Below are positions 24,597 through 37,097 of a stretch of 55,235 nucleotides of DNA, piece after piece; the first letter of the stretch is position 1; every line of letters begins with the position of its first letter. Source of the stretch: Nemertoderma westbladi. Taxonomy: Eukaryota > Animalia > Xenacoelomorpha. The notes below the pieces were generated by a model, which made no database searches, had not been told where the DNA came from, and saw only the letters and a program-made list of their open reading frames with translations. The stretch covers positions 1-55,235 of the forward strand of contig JAUCBJ010006961.1 in the NCBI GenBank assembly GCA_032718475.1. The letters run 5' to 3'. A program made the position numbers and the translations under genes.

Positions 24597-25168
24597 AGAT
24601 AATTTGTAGGCTGGACTGTTGTCTGACTGTTGTTAAGACTGAAGGGATTGCGGTGTGTGTAGAGTGTATGTCCGATAAATTACTAGTTAGGAAAGTAGGG
24701 GCTTCCAGTGCTGTGAGGTAAACCCCCTCGAAAGAATAAGTCGTACTACTCGGTTAGAACGCATACTAACTAACCATTTCGGAGTCTGCATATACTGTAG
24801 TTGTTTAGGCTTGATAGTAGTGTGCCAGCGTTTGGTCTGTATTTTGTATGTGTAGTCTGTACGGGTAGCGTAATATTTCTTATTTAGATAATTTGTAGGC
24901 TGGATTGTTGCCTAGCTGTTGTTAGGTCTGAAGAGATTGCGGTGTATGTGGAGTGTATGTCCGATAAAGTACCAGTTGGGAACGTAGGGGCTTCCAGTGC
25001 TGTGAGGTAAACCCCCTCGAAAGAATAAGTCGTACTACTCGGTTAGAACGCATACTAACTAACCATTTCGGAGTCTGCATATACCGTAGTTTGTTTAGGC
25101 TTGATAGTAGTTTGTCAGCATTTGGTCTGTATTTTATTTGAGTAGTCTGTATGCGTAGCGTAATATTT
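24597..25168. repeat. 290-bp tandem duplication in the BEL 5' leader
   Basis: AGATAATTTGTAGGCTGGA...GTAGCGTAATATTT starts at 24597 and again at 24887. Confidence 0.9.
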
Positions 25169-26504
25169 ATTATTCAGAGTTTATGCAATTATTCGCAACA
25201 TTCATATTCCCAAGTTTATTCCTACAGTAATTGTGCTTGTTATATATACCGTTATAGTTAAACTAACCCCGGTACTACATCAGGGCTGCTTGGCGTAGGT
25301 AAAGACTGGAGATTTTATGCTTTGGTCACTCCGGCAGATACCGTGGTTCTTTTAGCTGTTCAAGTATTTTAACTACTGATTATTTGTTGTATAAGTACTT
25401 GTACCTAATGTAGGGTTTAGTGTACAGTGCTTTCCGAAGGTAATTAGTGTGTAGGCAGTATATTTGTGTTGTAAAGTGGTTAATAGGCACGTTGGTTTTG
25501 GTAGACCGCGGTAATTAACTTCTAGGTAGGAACACTCCGTGATACATAATGTAGTACTTATAGCGATACGGCTATAAGTCGTCAGACGGTGGTATTTTCC
25601 TATCTGGACAACGCAATATATTTACTACTGCTTGTTATTTTCAAATACCGTACCATCCTGTTCGTTGTAATAACCAGATATTCTAACCCTTTGTTAGGCT
25701 GGTTTGTAGACTTCTTGTAAAATTACCCTAAAAATTCGTACGTGTAATTTTTGTGTTTATTTAGAGATTGTAATCTCACCCCAAATTGTATGTAATTTGT
25801 AGTATTAAGTAACTTAGGTAAATTAGAATTATTTGTTTTAGTGTCCAACAAGTAGCACTTCACTGAGAGCGTACAGCTTCTGTGCAGTGACTCCTTCCCA
25901 GAAATAATAACATTTATTTCAAATATCGACAAAACCCATTATAGGGGTATATATATTATAAATCAACTCAAACCGATTTATAAAATAGTAGGCCTGTCAT
26001 ACAACAATTAGGTCTTAATATCAGTTGGACTACTGCTTAAATAACGGCAATCAAGTAAAGTAAAGTAACCAAGTAACCCCTAAAATTCAGAAATTCAATT
26101 ATTCTAAAATAATTGACATACCGGTATTTACGATAGGCTTATTATTTTTATTTCTATAAATTTAGGCTGAAATTATACCGGTATTCTGTAATTAATTCTA
26201 GTCCATAATTATACTTATATATATTATAAGTGTAAGCTGTATACCGGTATTCACAATAGGCTTATTATATATTGCTATATATTTGCGCTGAAATTACATA
26301 CCGGTATTCTGTGACAATACTAGTCTGTAATAATACTTATATATATACTATAAGCATACCGGTATTCTAATATATTATATATATATATCACGTTACACTG
26401 AGTAACAGTATCGGTAATTAATTACTAGGCTAACAGTTGATACTGAATTACTAGACTTGCTTTAACTGTAATGTAGCAGTAGGCATTCAACTGTACAAAC
26501 AAAC

Positions 26505-27949
26505 ATGTTTGACACAAAGCAAAACCTGTCAGACAGTCTCTTAGATACAACCATCTGTGACCCAGATAGGAGTGTGGAATGTGTGAGACCGAAGTTCAAC
26601 TCACCTCCTACTGTAAGAAAGATCATCCCTCCAGTAGTAATATCAGATCCTAGGCTAGTCCAACACCGTAGGTCTATCATAGGCACTCGAGCTCAGGTCA
26701 AGCGGGACCAAGAAGCAGCGGAACAGCAGCAACACTCGAGCCGAAAACTTATTTCTCAGCGGCCCGACAGCTCCAGTAGTGAGGATACTGTAGAGCTGAC
26801 ACCCGAGCACGGAGCAAAGATGGCAGATGCGGTTTATTCGGATCCCCTTCTCATCCTTCCTGCAGCCGTACTCACTAGGGTATTGATTGCGGTGGAGGAA
26901 CACCAGATTGATTGGGCGAGAAGTAAGCGATCGACTAAGGATAGTTATGCGGGATACACAAGGGAAGAACTGAAGTCTATTGTCGAGTCGCAATGGAACT
27001 TCCCCAGACCCGGACTCCCGTTTGACTTATCGGAAGCTGCCTGGGAAGACATACACAGGATGGGAGTGACAAAAGAAACCAGCGATCCAGCTGTGTGGAA
27101 GAGGTCAGCAGCCGGATACGTACAGGGATTCTTCAGCTCTATGGAGCGATTAAAGGAACAACTGTTTCGACAACCCCAAGGACCTCAAGAGCAGGGAGAG
27201 CTGCTTTATCAAGTTAGAGAAAGAATTCTATGAATCAGACTAATCTTATCGGCCTTTGAGGAGGCAGGACACGTCGTTGCAAGTTGCCGTAAAGACTTGG
27301 TTTCAGCGGGTGAGTCTCCAAGTTCAAGGAACTGCCCAGTGGAAATCTCAGCCCTCAACCCATGGAGAATCAACAGATGCTACATTTTCACAAGTGGAAA
27401 GTGAAGCGACGGCGGAGAAACCTTATGAGAGGGACGCTATTGACATCTATCTGTCAGATTATCAACGATTTGTAGGTGACGAAGAGTTGAGGAGACGGCC
27501 ATCTGGACTTAGCCCTAATAGTGAAGGAGCCAAGCTTGTGTTGGACGCAATTGATGCGGATATGATAGCTGCGAACCAAGCTAAATTTGATGAACGCCTC
27601 CGCATCGCTAGAGTCCAAGAAGAACAAGTAAAGAAAAAATGTATAGAAGACAGAAAGACAGCGGCAGTGGCAGCAGCAGTGGCAGAGGCAGAAGCGGAAA
27701 GAAAAGCGGCAGCAGCAGCGGCAGAGGCAGAAGCGGAAAGAAAGGCGGTAGAAGTGGAAAGAAAGGCGGTAGAAGTGGAAAGAAAAGCGGCAGCGGCAGC
27801 GGCAGAGGCAGAAGCGGAAAGAAAAGCGGCAGTGGCAGCGGCAGAAGCAGAACGGAGAGCGTCTGAAGAGATCGCCCAACTAGAATTGGAAAATATTCAA
27901 GAAAATCAAGACTGCATAAATAAACAGTTAACAGCTAGTAATATGCAGA
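26505..27949 (+). pseudogene. Outer BEL gag, N-terminal part (frameshift near 27230; interrupted by nested element)
   Basis: ORFs 26505-27233 and 27256-27954, the latter with an AEAEAERKAAA coiled-coil repeat. Removing 27950-35000 and one TSD joins it in frame to ORF 35005-35748. Confidence 0.75.
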
Positions 27950-28478
27950 TGTGACGGGATCTACGGATCCCGGTTTATCCGTTGGGTTTTCTATCTACGC
28001 GTCCCCGCCGTGTGTGAAAGGTAAAAGAGTTCTGGTGTTCGGTTATATGTATAAGGTATAATATAGTTGATATATATAGTATAGTATGACACGGTTACCG
28101 GTAGATAAGTATGATGGCGGTAGCGGACGGTGATAGAAGTCACCGTTCCACCCTACTGAGCTAACTGAGTAAACTGACTAACTGATTGCATCGACCGGTA
28201 ATATATATTGCACGGTTTGGCCTTGTTACAGTACCTAGTCGATGCTGTCCCCCCATTGGCTAATATCCCTGTTGGCACCCTTTGGAGTGTTTCCCTTCAC
28301 TCCCTGTGTTCTCTCTCGGTTAGGGGTTTGGCCCCTGACCCCTATTGTGTTTCTCCTTCCCACTTTATTGGGGTGACACGGGGTTGATATTGGTAATCAA
28401 CCTCGTGCTCCCAATATTGCTTTACGGTTTAATGGCTCACTTTATGGGGTTTGGTGAGGCGGAATTGATTCGCTAACA
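27950..28478 (-). repeat. 3' LTR of nested element
   Basis: Direct repeat of 34472-35000 (about 5 differences seen); adjacent to the PPT. Confidence 0.96.
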
Positions 28479-28949
28479 CTCCCCCCCATGCTATCTTCCC
28501 GGTGAGAAGATAGCATCAACCTCTAAGTGCGCTTCAATTCCGCTGGAACTCGATCTATTATCGGGTGTGGGGTGGGATTATTTTCTTGGAGTCGGTTTTC
28601 CAGGCCGCTCCCTATGGGTATGATGTCACTACCCTCTGGCGTCTCGTGTCGGGCCGATCGTGCGCTTCTCTCACACAATTTTTGTTTCCCCAACACTCTC
28701 ACCACTCTAACTCCGCTCTCTGACTCAACTCGCTCTTACCCTCTCCCCACACCTGAATCGCACTCTTCTCTCTCGCCAACAGTTCCTTTCACTATCTCCT
28801 CTCTACTCCCTGCCACTCTTTAAGGCCCTGACCTCTAATGCTACCCCTGTGCTATCATACTATCTACCTACTACTCACTTGCTAACTATCTAACTCTCTT
28901 ACTAACTCTAACTATCTCTCTAAGCCTACTAACTTTAACTCTAACTCTT

Positions 28950-29400
28950 CTACTACGTGGCGCTTAGGGTGCCCACAACCCTCTGCTACTACCTCCATCT
29001 ACGTGGCGCTTGCAGTGCCCACAACCACTCTACTACTAACTCTAACTAAAACCATCTATCTACGTGGCGCTTGTGGTGCCCACAACCACTCTACTATCTA
29101 CCCTCTACTACTCTACTACCTGGCACCCTATGTGCCCTCTCTACTACTCTACACTCTGGCACCCTATGTGCCCTCTCTACTACCTCTAACACTCTAACTG
29201 TACTACCTGGCACCCTATGTGCCCTCTCTACTACTCTACTCTATCTACATCTCCACCTCAACTAATACCTCTATCTACGTGGCGCTTGCGGTGCCCACAA
29301 CCACTCTCTGCTACTACTTTCTACGTGGCGCTTCCGGTGCCCACAACCTCTCTACCACCGCTACTTTCTACGTGGCGCTTCCGGTGCCCACGACCCCCCT
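28950..29400. repeat. Interspersed short repeats in the 3' UTR of the nested element
   Basis: Six copies of CTACGTGGCGCTTnnnGTGCCCACAACC and three of CTGGCACCCTATGTGCCCTCTCTACTAC, separated by CTA-rich linkers. Confidence 0.88.
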
Positions 29401-29843
29401 ACTACTACTCGTGGCATGACAATATGCCACACTCCCTTACCCCGCCGCCTTCTAACTTAACTCCCGGTACTACGTACCCTCTACTCCCGTGGTATGTTTA
29501 TACCACACTCCCTATACTCCGCCGCCTTCTAACTTTTCTAACTACTTCTTACTTCTACTAACTATTATTTTAATTATTTAATTATTTATTAATATTTATT
29601 TAAATTAAATAATTAATTTTTGTGGGAAGGGCGTCTCGCCCTCATTCCCACCCCCCTCAGTCCAAAACCTTGGACGACTAAACTCTAAGGTGCCCCTTCT
29701 TCCAGTAGGCACACTCCCACTGCCCTTCTATACGTCCTCTTACTCTTCGCCACACCCTCTTCGCCAATTCCACCTGACCAGGAATTGGTTCTCCCGCTTT
29801 CACCACCCTAAGGTTGGGTCTCTCCACCGTCTTCTTAACTAGC

Positions 29844-32800
29844 TCATCTCCTGGCATCAAAATGCCACCTCTCTCCTTGTTGTCTCCCGCCGGCAGAATG
29901 AATAGAAAGTGAAAGAACAGGCAGAACAGAAGGTACAACAGCAGTCCTACCCCTCTCCATCCTGCCCCCCCTCTCGACCTCCCCCCCCGTCGGCACGCCT
30001 CTCAACCGGACCGGCGTCTCCTCCGGACACTCCCCCGGACACCCCTCCGGACTATTGTCCTCCTGACACTTCACCGGACACTCCTCCGGAGTGTAGTCCC
30101 CCGGACACCCCGCCGTCCGCTCCCCTCCATCCCCACACCGACACCCGCTGGGAAGTCTATTATCCTCCACCCTCTCTCTCATTGTTACTTTCCTGTCTGG
30201 CTCTACTATCTCCTCCGGCTTCTTATCTTCGTCCTCTGTGTCTACGGTGCCTGGTAACATGCACCCATGGTAACATGTCGTTACTGAACGACCGCCCTCT
30301 CCTGATATCTTCACTGGTACTACCCCGAGTAGTACTTTTCTCTTCTTCTCTTCTGTTGTGCTTGTAGCTGCTGTTTCTCTACACTCTCCGGATCAGTGTC
30401 CTTCTACCACACATCGATGACATAGTCCGTTTGCGTCTGTGTAGGCTATACGATCTTGTTTGGGCAACGCTTGCCAGTGCTTACAACTCCTGGTCTTATG
30501 TGTTCCGTCTCGATGTAATTGACATTCGAATCCTGGATTATAGCGTTCCCTGTATAGTCCCTCACGTATCGCGCCTAGGTTTATATGTACCGATTTAGTG
30601 TTTTGGTTGTCTGTATTCGGCCTACTGGGTACATTGGGATTATGTTTATTTATGTTGTTATTTTCTTTCTGTCCCCGCCACGGTGTGGCCCTACTACCAG
30701 CTAACTGTAGACTAGCAGTCCCCTGTGTGGCCGCATGTGGTAGTGACTGTCCCACTCCCGAGAATGGGTCTGTCGGATTATGTTCGGGTTTAGGCCAGTT
30801 GTATTCGATCTTTGGCGCCTTCCCCAAACTATCCTCACTATAGACTGGGTCTGTTATTAGTTCGGCTTCGTAGTTCAAGAAGCTCGACATTTCTTCTAAA
30901 CCCGGTTCCGCACCCTTCTTTTCCCGTGTGGAGAAAGCGATTTTCCTCCACTTCCTTCGTAACCAGATCGGCAGTGCCTGCGCTATTGTGGTGATGTTGT
31001 TAGACGCGTTGAGTTCGTATGGTGCGTCTAGCATCTTTAACACGATTAACGCCTTCTCGACCTTGTTCGCAAAGGTCCTTATGCTAACGGGATTATCCTG
31101 TAGGCCACCCGATGTTATGCCTCTCAGGGTTTGCCAGATGATCTTGGCCGGGTGCCCGTATTCCCTGTCCAATGCCCGCCATGCTGCCGTGAAGCCGCCC
31201 TCGATGCCCTGGTATTGCCTCACGATGTCGTATGCTGGGCCTCCTGTATATACTTGCAGATATTTTAGGCACTCCGCCTGCGTCAAGTTCTTTGTTAGTA
31301 TTTCGTTACTATACATGCGCCGAAACTGTAGATATTCTTCCGGCCTACTCCCATCGAATTTAAACGGTTCCACAGGTGGTAACTCGATCCTAGTTTTTAA
31401 TGCATCGATTAATGTGGCCATTCCCATCGCTTGCGCTTCTAATGGGTTCGATGGATGTTGTATAGTTTCTCCTGTTGGGTACGGTCCGTCCATCCTATTT
31501 GTTTTTGACTTTGCTTGTTGCGTCGGATATATCATTGGGGGTAACGGCCCCCTCCATATTTCCGTGTCGCACGATCTGCTCTCGTCCAAGGGGTTCGATG
31601 TTCTCGCTCCTATTGGGGTATATTGTTGATATTGTGATGGGGGAATGTCACCCTGTCCCCCCCCCCCACCGGTATGTTTAGTACTGGGGTTGATGTTAAT
31701 ATATTGGGGCCCATGCACCTATCCGCAATAATCCCCCCTCCCCTGGGTATATGTAATGTCCTTGTGTATTATAGTCATGCTGCTGTACCGATATAGGCCT
31801 ACCTACCTCTCGCCTACCTACCGGTATGTACTCCGCGACTTCCGGGTTTAATCCCGTCGTTCGCGCTACCCTATCGCCTACTCTATCTCTCCCAGCATGG
31901 CCTATAATAGTATGTGCAGTAAGGCCTACAGTATGTCCTGCAGTCTGCATGTGCCCTTCCGAACCGAAGTTTATTCTTCGCGAATCTCGAATCTCCCCGC
32001 GACTACCGCACTCTCGATCGGCAGCTATATCCCGTCGGGAAGCCTCCCTTCGATCACCTATCCTGCTCTCGTCTTCGTATCGGTACATCCTGTACCCCTC
32101 TCTTGGCGTGCGGTGCGTTTCTCCAGGGCGACGGCAATCTCCCGAAGTTCGACCCCACTGACTCCCTACCTCCATCTCTACTATCGACGGCTCGCTATCC
32201 GTCCTCGCTCTCCTATCGTTCGTGGCGACACTTCTTCTAATATCTTCTCTTCTTCTCTTTTCGACCTCTCGGTTAAACTCTACTAATCTTCTTCTATCTT
32301 CAACCCCTCTATTAAACTCTACTAATCTTCTCTCTTCTGACTGGGCTCGACGTTCCGTCGCCCGCCCTCTCGCGACGTCAACTTGTCTCTCTCTGCTCGA
32401 TCGCACGCCGCTGGGGATACTCGCAATCCCCCTATTACTCTCCATCGCCGGGTGTTGCGGTTTACCTAATTCGGCCCGCGCATTATCCGCCGACGCCTGT
32501 GGGACACTCCCTGCCCCCCCTCTCTCGCTACTAATCCCTCGCGGTGGGGTGCCCGTAGCCCCTCCCCACCCGCTACTTCTAACTTCACTATCTCTTACTA
32601 CACTTCTGCGTCCCTCTTGTCGGACACTCTCTACCCCCTTTCTCTCGCCACTAATCTTCTGTGGTGGGGCGCCCGTAGCCCCCCCCCCCCCACCCGCCAC
32701 TTCTAACTTCACTACCTCTTACTACACTTCTACACCCCTCTTGTGGGGCATTCTCTGCCCCCCTCTCTCGCCGCTAATCTCATGTGGTGGGGCACCCATA

Positions 32801-34336
32801 GCCCCCCCCCCCCCACCCGCCACATCTAACTTCAATATCTCTTACTTCGTCTCTACACCCCTCTCTAGTCGACACACTGTCTCTACTACGGATGGGTCTA
32901 TTCACCCCCGCCTCTCTCTCTACTACTGCGTGGCCCACCAGGCCCACTTCGGGTTGGCTCAACCCCGCTACCTCCTGCCTACCAACTACGTGGCCTACCA
33001 GGCCGCCGTCGGGTTGGCTCAACCCTGCCACCTCCTGCCTACTAACTGCGTGGCCTACCAGGCCCACGTCTGCCGGGTTATGTACGTCCGACACGCTCAT
33101 ATTAATAGCACCATTCCCAATATTATTTGTTAAATCAATTAAATTATTAAAATTTGAAACGGGATTATTTAAATTATTTAAATTATAATTGTTATTATTT
33201 TCAAAATTTAAATTATTATTCGAATTATTTGAATTATTCTGAATATTTGAATTAATATTATTATTTGAATTTAAATTTAAATTACTACTACCAGGTAAAA
33301 CATTTCCTGTAATAAAGGGATTAGGGTTATCTACTACGGTACTATTAATACTAACATTTCCTAGCGTACTACTACTATCCCCCTCGCCCGTACGGCTACT
33401 GTACATACTGTACGTGTACCGCACGCTCTTTTCTCTTGCCTCACGCTCTTCGCGTTCACTCTCTTGCTCCTTCCTTCCCCTCAGTCGCCACCCTAATTCT
33501 TCCATTTTTAATTTATATGACATGCGTTCACTCTCTCGCACCCGTCTTTCTTTTGCGGAGGATGTAGCAGACTTATCGGTTGCGACGGACTTCCGCCGCC
33601 CCTCCGTCCTACTAACTTTCCCCCGCTTTCCGGGGTTATCGCTGACCGACGAGACCGAATCCTCGGAGCTAACCTCGGATTCGCCCTCGTGCGGTCCCGC
33701 CCAACCCACTAACTTAACTTCCCTGGCATCGACTAAGTATGGCCCTATGTACACTACATCAGGCCCCATACCCCTACGTTCCCATAGCCCAAACAGTTCG
33801 AAGGCAACCCCTCTCGCTCTCTTGCCGGCTAGTTCTCCCTGCCCAGAACGCACTAGGTAATCAAGGTATCTGTTCGACTCACCTAGTCGTCTCCTCAACT
33901 TCACCTGGTCTATCTCAGCCCCTCCTCTGGCTTCCTTCAGTTGTTCCCGGGTCGCGGCGTAGGCTCGTCGGAGCCGGACGACCCCGACGTCCTCGTCGTC
34001 GACATCTCCTCTCTCCCTCTGGGTCCGACGTCGTACCGTCGGCTCCACCGTTGCCGTTCCGGTGGGCCGTTCGTCGCCCTCGGCCTGTGGCTGGCCGGCG
34101 ACATCGGCATATCGACCGCCGCCCTGTGTCGACTCGTCTCTCTCCTCTCCCGTCTCACTCTCTCCTCTACTCGACTCGCTCTCTCCTCGTAGACGACCCC
34201 CCACATCTTGGTTCGCCGGGTTGCTCGTTGTCGACGTGTCCGGCGTCGTGGGTCGGTGCCGTCTCGTCGCGGCCTCACGGATCGTTAGATCGTCGTCCGA
34301 GGTCTGCGGCGGTGTCGTCTTTCCTTCTCTACTCAT
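29844..34336 (-). pseudogene. Long BEL-type gag of nested element, broken into several ORFs
   Basis: ORF 30393-31718 has ELPPVEPFKFDG, CLKYLQVYTGGPA, AWRALDREYG and knuckles CQLHRDGTHKTRSC and CHRCVVEGH*SGEC (premature stop). Upstream ORFs 32780-34336 and 31696-32712 are low complexity. Confidence 0.8.
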
Positions 34337-34471
34337 CTTCGTCTTTGGTGGCTGGCACCCACAGTCTGTCAGGGCAGTTGGTTGGATCTAGTTCTATCAC
34401 TGTCAGACTGTTAGGGCAGCTGCTAGGATTCTATCACTGTCAGGGCAGCTGGGTGGATCTAATTCTATCAC

Positions 34472-35000
34472 TGTGACGGGATCTACGGATCCCGGTTTAT
34501 CCATTGGGTTTTCTATCTACGCTTCCCCGCCGTGTGTGAAAGGTAAAAGAGTTCTGGTGTTCGGTTATATGTATAAGGTATAATATAGTTGATATATATA
34601 GTATAGTATGACACGGTTACCAGTAGATAAGTATGATGGCGGTAGCGGACGGTGATAGAAGTCACCGTTCCACCCTACTGAGCTAACTGAGTAAACTGAC
34701 TAACTGATTGCATCGACCGGTAATATATATTGCACGGTTTGGCCTTGTTACAGTACCTAGTCGATGCTGTCCCCCCATTGGCTAATATCCCTGTTGACAC
34801 CCTTTGGAGTGTTTCCCTTCACTCCCTGTGTTCTCTCTCGGTTAGGGGTTTGGCCCCTGACCCCTATTGTGTTTCTCCTTCCCACTTTATTGGGGTGACA
34901 CGAGGTTGATATTGGTAATCAACCTCGTGCTCCCAATATTGCTTTACGGTTTAATGGCTCACTTTATGGGGTTTGGTGAGGCGGAATTGATTCGCTAACA
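34472..35000 (-). repeat. 5' LTR of nested element
   Basis: TG...CA ends; on the minus strand a TATA-like run near 34725 is followed by repeated TCAGT(T) initiator-like motifs. Confidence 0.96.
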
Positions 35001-35004
35001 GCAG

Positions 35005-37097
35005 ATGATGAATCGATCTACTCCCAAAAGACAGGGATATACATCATCTGATGAAGGCGATACCACCGATCCTGAAGGCGGAGGAAATAGATCTCGTCTA
35101 AGCAGACGTAGAAGAATGTCCCACCGTCAGAAATTGCCTGATTTGCCCCCAGCTGTTAGAAGACAACTAACTAACACAGGTTTAGGTAGTACAGAACCCA
35201 CAGACCAAGTAATTAAAATAGAAAGACTCCCTACTATAGTAGATGAGCCTGAAATAATTAGGCCTGTTCTTGAAATCACCCCTTCGGTGATAGAGACACC
35301 TGTGCTCCCAGAACCTACCTCTAAATTCCCTTTGCACAGTACTAAACTTCCTGTGCCCCACAAAACAACCCCTGAGACAGTTCCTGTCCTGGACTCCGAG
35401 CGAAATATCAATGATTTGTCGCCCGTTGTCTCTCGTCTACCCGCTACTACGTTGGCGGCTCCCGCTTCGGCGGTCGAGTGGGTGGAGGAGAGACGGCGGG
35501 GGATGGATCTCCTGCTCGGGCAGATGCAGGAGACTGTTAAGCAGTTCAAGGGCACAGTAAGGGAAAGTAGGTTAGAGTTGCAAGAAGTGCAGCAAAGTAT
35601 CGCGTTAGAATGCGATAAATTAGTAAATACACAAAAGGGTATACCACCACCCCCTGTAACAATGTGTCAACCTGTTAGGTCTGAAGTATTTCATGCGCAA
35701 GGTGTGGAGCCTACATCTATACTGCTATCGAAGTGGAAACTCCTATAGTAAACCCTATTAAGGGTAATTATAAACCTGTTGACAATGATATTCCATATAG
35801 ACTTGATAATAATCCGAGAAATTTATATACCGATAACTCGATATTAAATAACACGATGGCCCAAGAAAGTTTTACGCGTCAAATGGCTAGAACCGAAGCC
35901 CGTCAAGCGGTAAAGGTGGGAGAGATCGTCAAGTTCAATGGAGATGAGATGAAACGGTTACCTTTTAATGAATATTACAAAGATAACATACAGAACTCTG
36001 TGCTATCTAACGGAGAGAAACTTAGATTCCTCATCGAGTGCTTGGAAGGATCTCCCAAGTTAATGGCGTTAAAGTTTATTGGACATCCAGATGGATTAAG
36101 ACAAGTTTGGGATACCCTAAACATCAGGTATGGTAATAGGAATAACATAGCTAGGTATTTGTATGCAAAATTGGTAGCGCCCCGAAAATTCATTAGCAGT
36201 GGGATTATAGAGTTTTCCGATGAAATTCAGGAGATCTGTAGACAATTAGATTGGCTAGGTAAGTCTCATGAATATCAGAGTTCTATGGTTATTGGAGCCG
36301 TGGCCTCTACTTTACCGAAGGGTGGAGTAGGTACACGCTGGGATAAGAAAGTGTTATATATGATGGAACAGCAACGACGAGACCCTACCATGGCTGATCT
36401 CATGTCATTCTTAGATGGAGAAGTGAAATTACAGCTCCTAAGGCAGTCCAGAGAGAAGACACCGGAAAACAAGGTAAGTGAGAAACCCTTTTCTAGGAGA
36501 AAGGTAACACCAGTGTGTTATACCGACGACGGCGAAAGCCAGGCTTCTCAAGGAGAGGACAGCGGGAAAGACACTGAAAGATCTTATTATGTCAACAAAA
36601 CGCCTAAAGACGTAAGTAAATTCAGGTCTCGAACCAATGACAGGAGAGAACAGGTAAGAAAAACCCCTCCTACGTCTCCTAAGAGAATTCAGGTAAGAAA
36701 GCCCGAAGAAAGAACGAGTGTGCACAACGTTACTCAAAATAAGGTAAGTAACATCAAACCGAAATGTGCGCTGTGTGACGGGCCCCACCGTTTGAATGTG
36801 TGTGATGAATTCCTAAAGAAATCATTAACGGATAGACGGGAAGTCATGTGGGATAAGCGGTTGTGTTATAATTGCCTCAGACAAGGACACCAACGGCGAA
36901 CCTGTTACTCCGACGCAAGGTGTGCAAAGTGCGGTGCGAAACATCATATATTGTTGCACACTGAATTCGAGCGAAACAGCCCGAGTCAGGTAAGTGAGTC
37001 CGAACTACATGTCCAATTCAGTGATGTGAATGACACTGACCAAAGTTCTGAGATGGAAGACGATGGAGTTCCGACGAAGACGAATCCTGTTACATGA
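35005..37097 (+). pseudogene. Outer BEL gag, C-terminal part
   Basis: IVKFNGD, KLRFLIECLEG, WDTLNIRYG and three BEL zinc knuckles CALCDGPHRLNVC, CYNCLRQGHQRRTC and CAKCGAKHHILLH; frame change near 35740. Confidence 0.9.

Larger units (their letters stand above)
27950..35000 (-). mobile_element. Nested non-autonomous (gag-only) BEL/Pao-like LTR element
   Basis: 529-bp LTRs at 27950-28478 and 34472-35000, TSD GCAGA (27945-27949 and 35001-35005), PPT GGGGGGGAG at 28487-28479 on the minus strand, BEL-type gag and no recognisable pol. Confidence 0.93.

Noticed and set aside
28950-29400. CRISPR-like repeat-spacer appearance
   Set aside because: The context is a eukaryotic retroelement, the spacers are low-complexity and similar to each other, spacing is irregular, and there are no cas genes.
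28500-34476. Many plus-strand ORFs (e.g. 30928-31629, 32222-33133, 33739-34476)
   Set aside because: They are antisense shadows of the GC-rich, low-complexity minus-strand gag and UTR.
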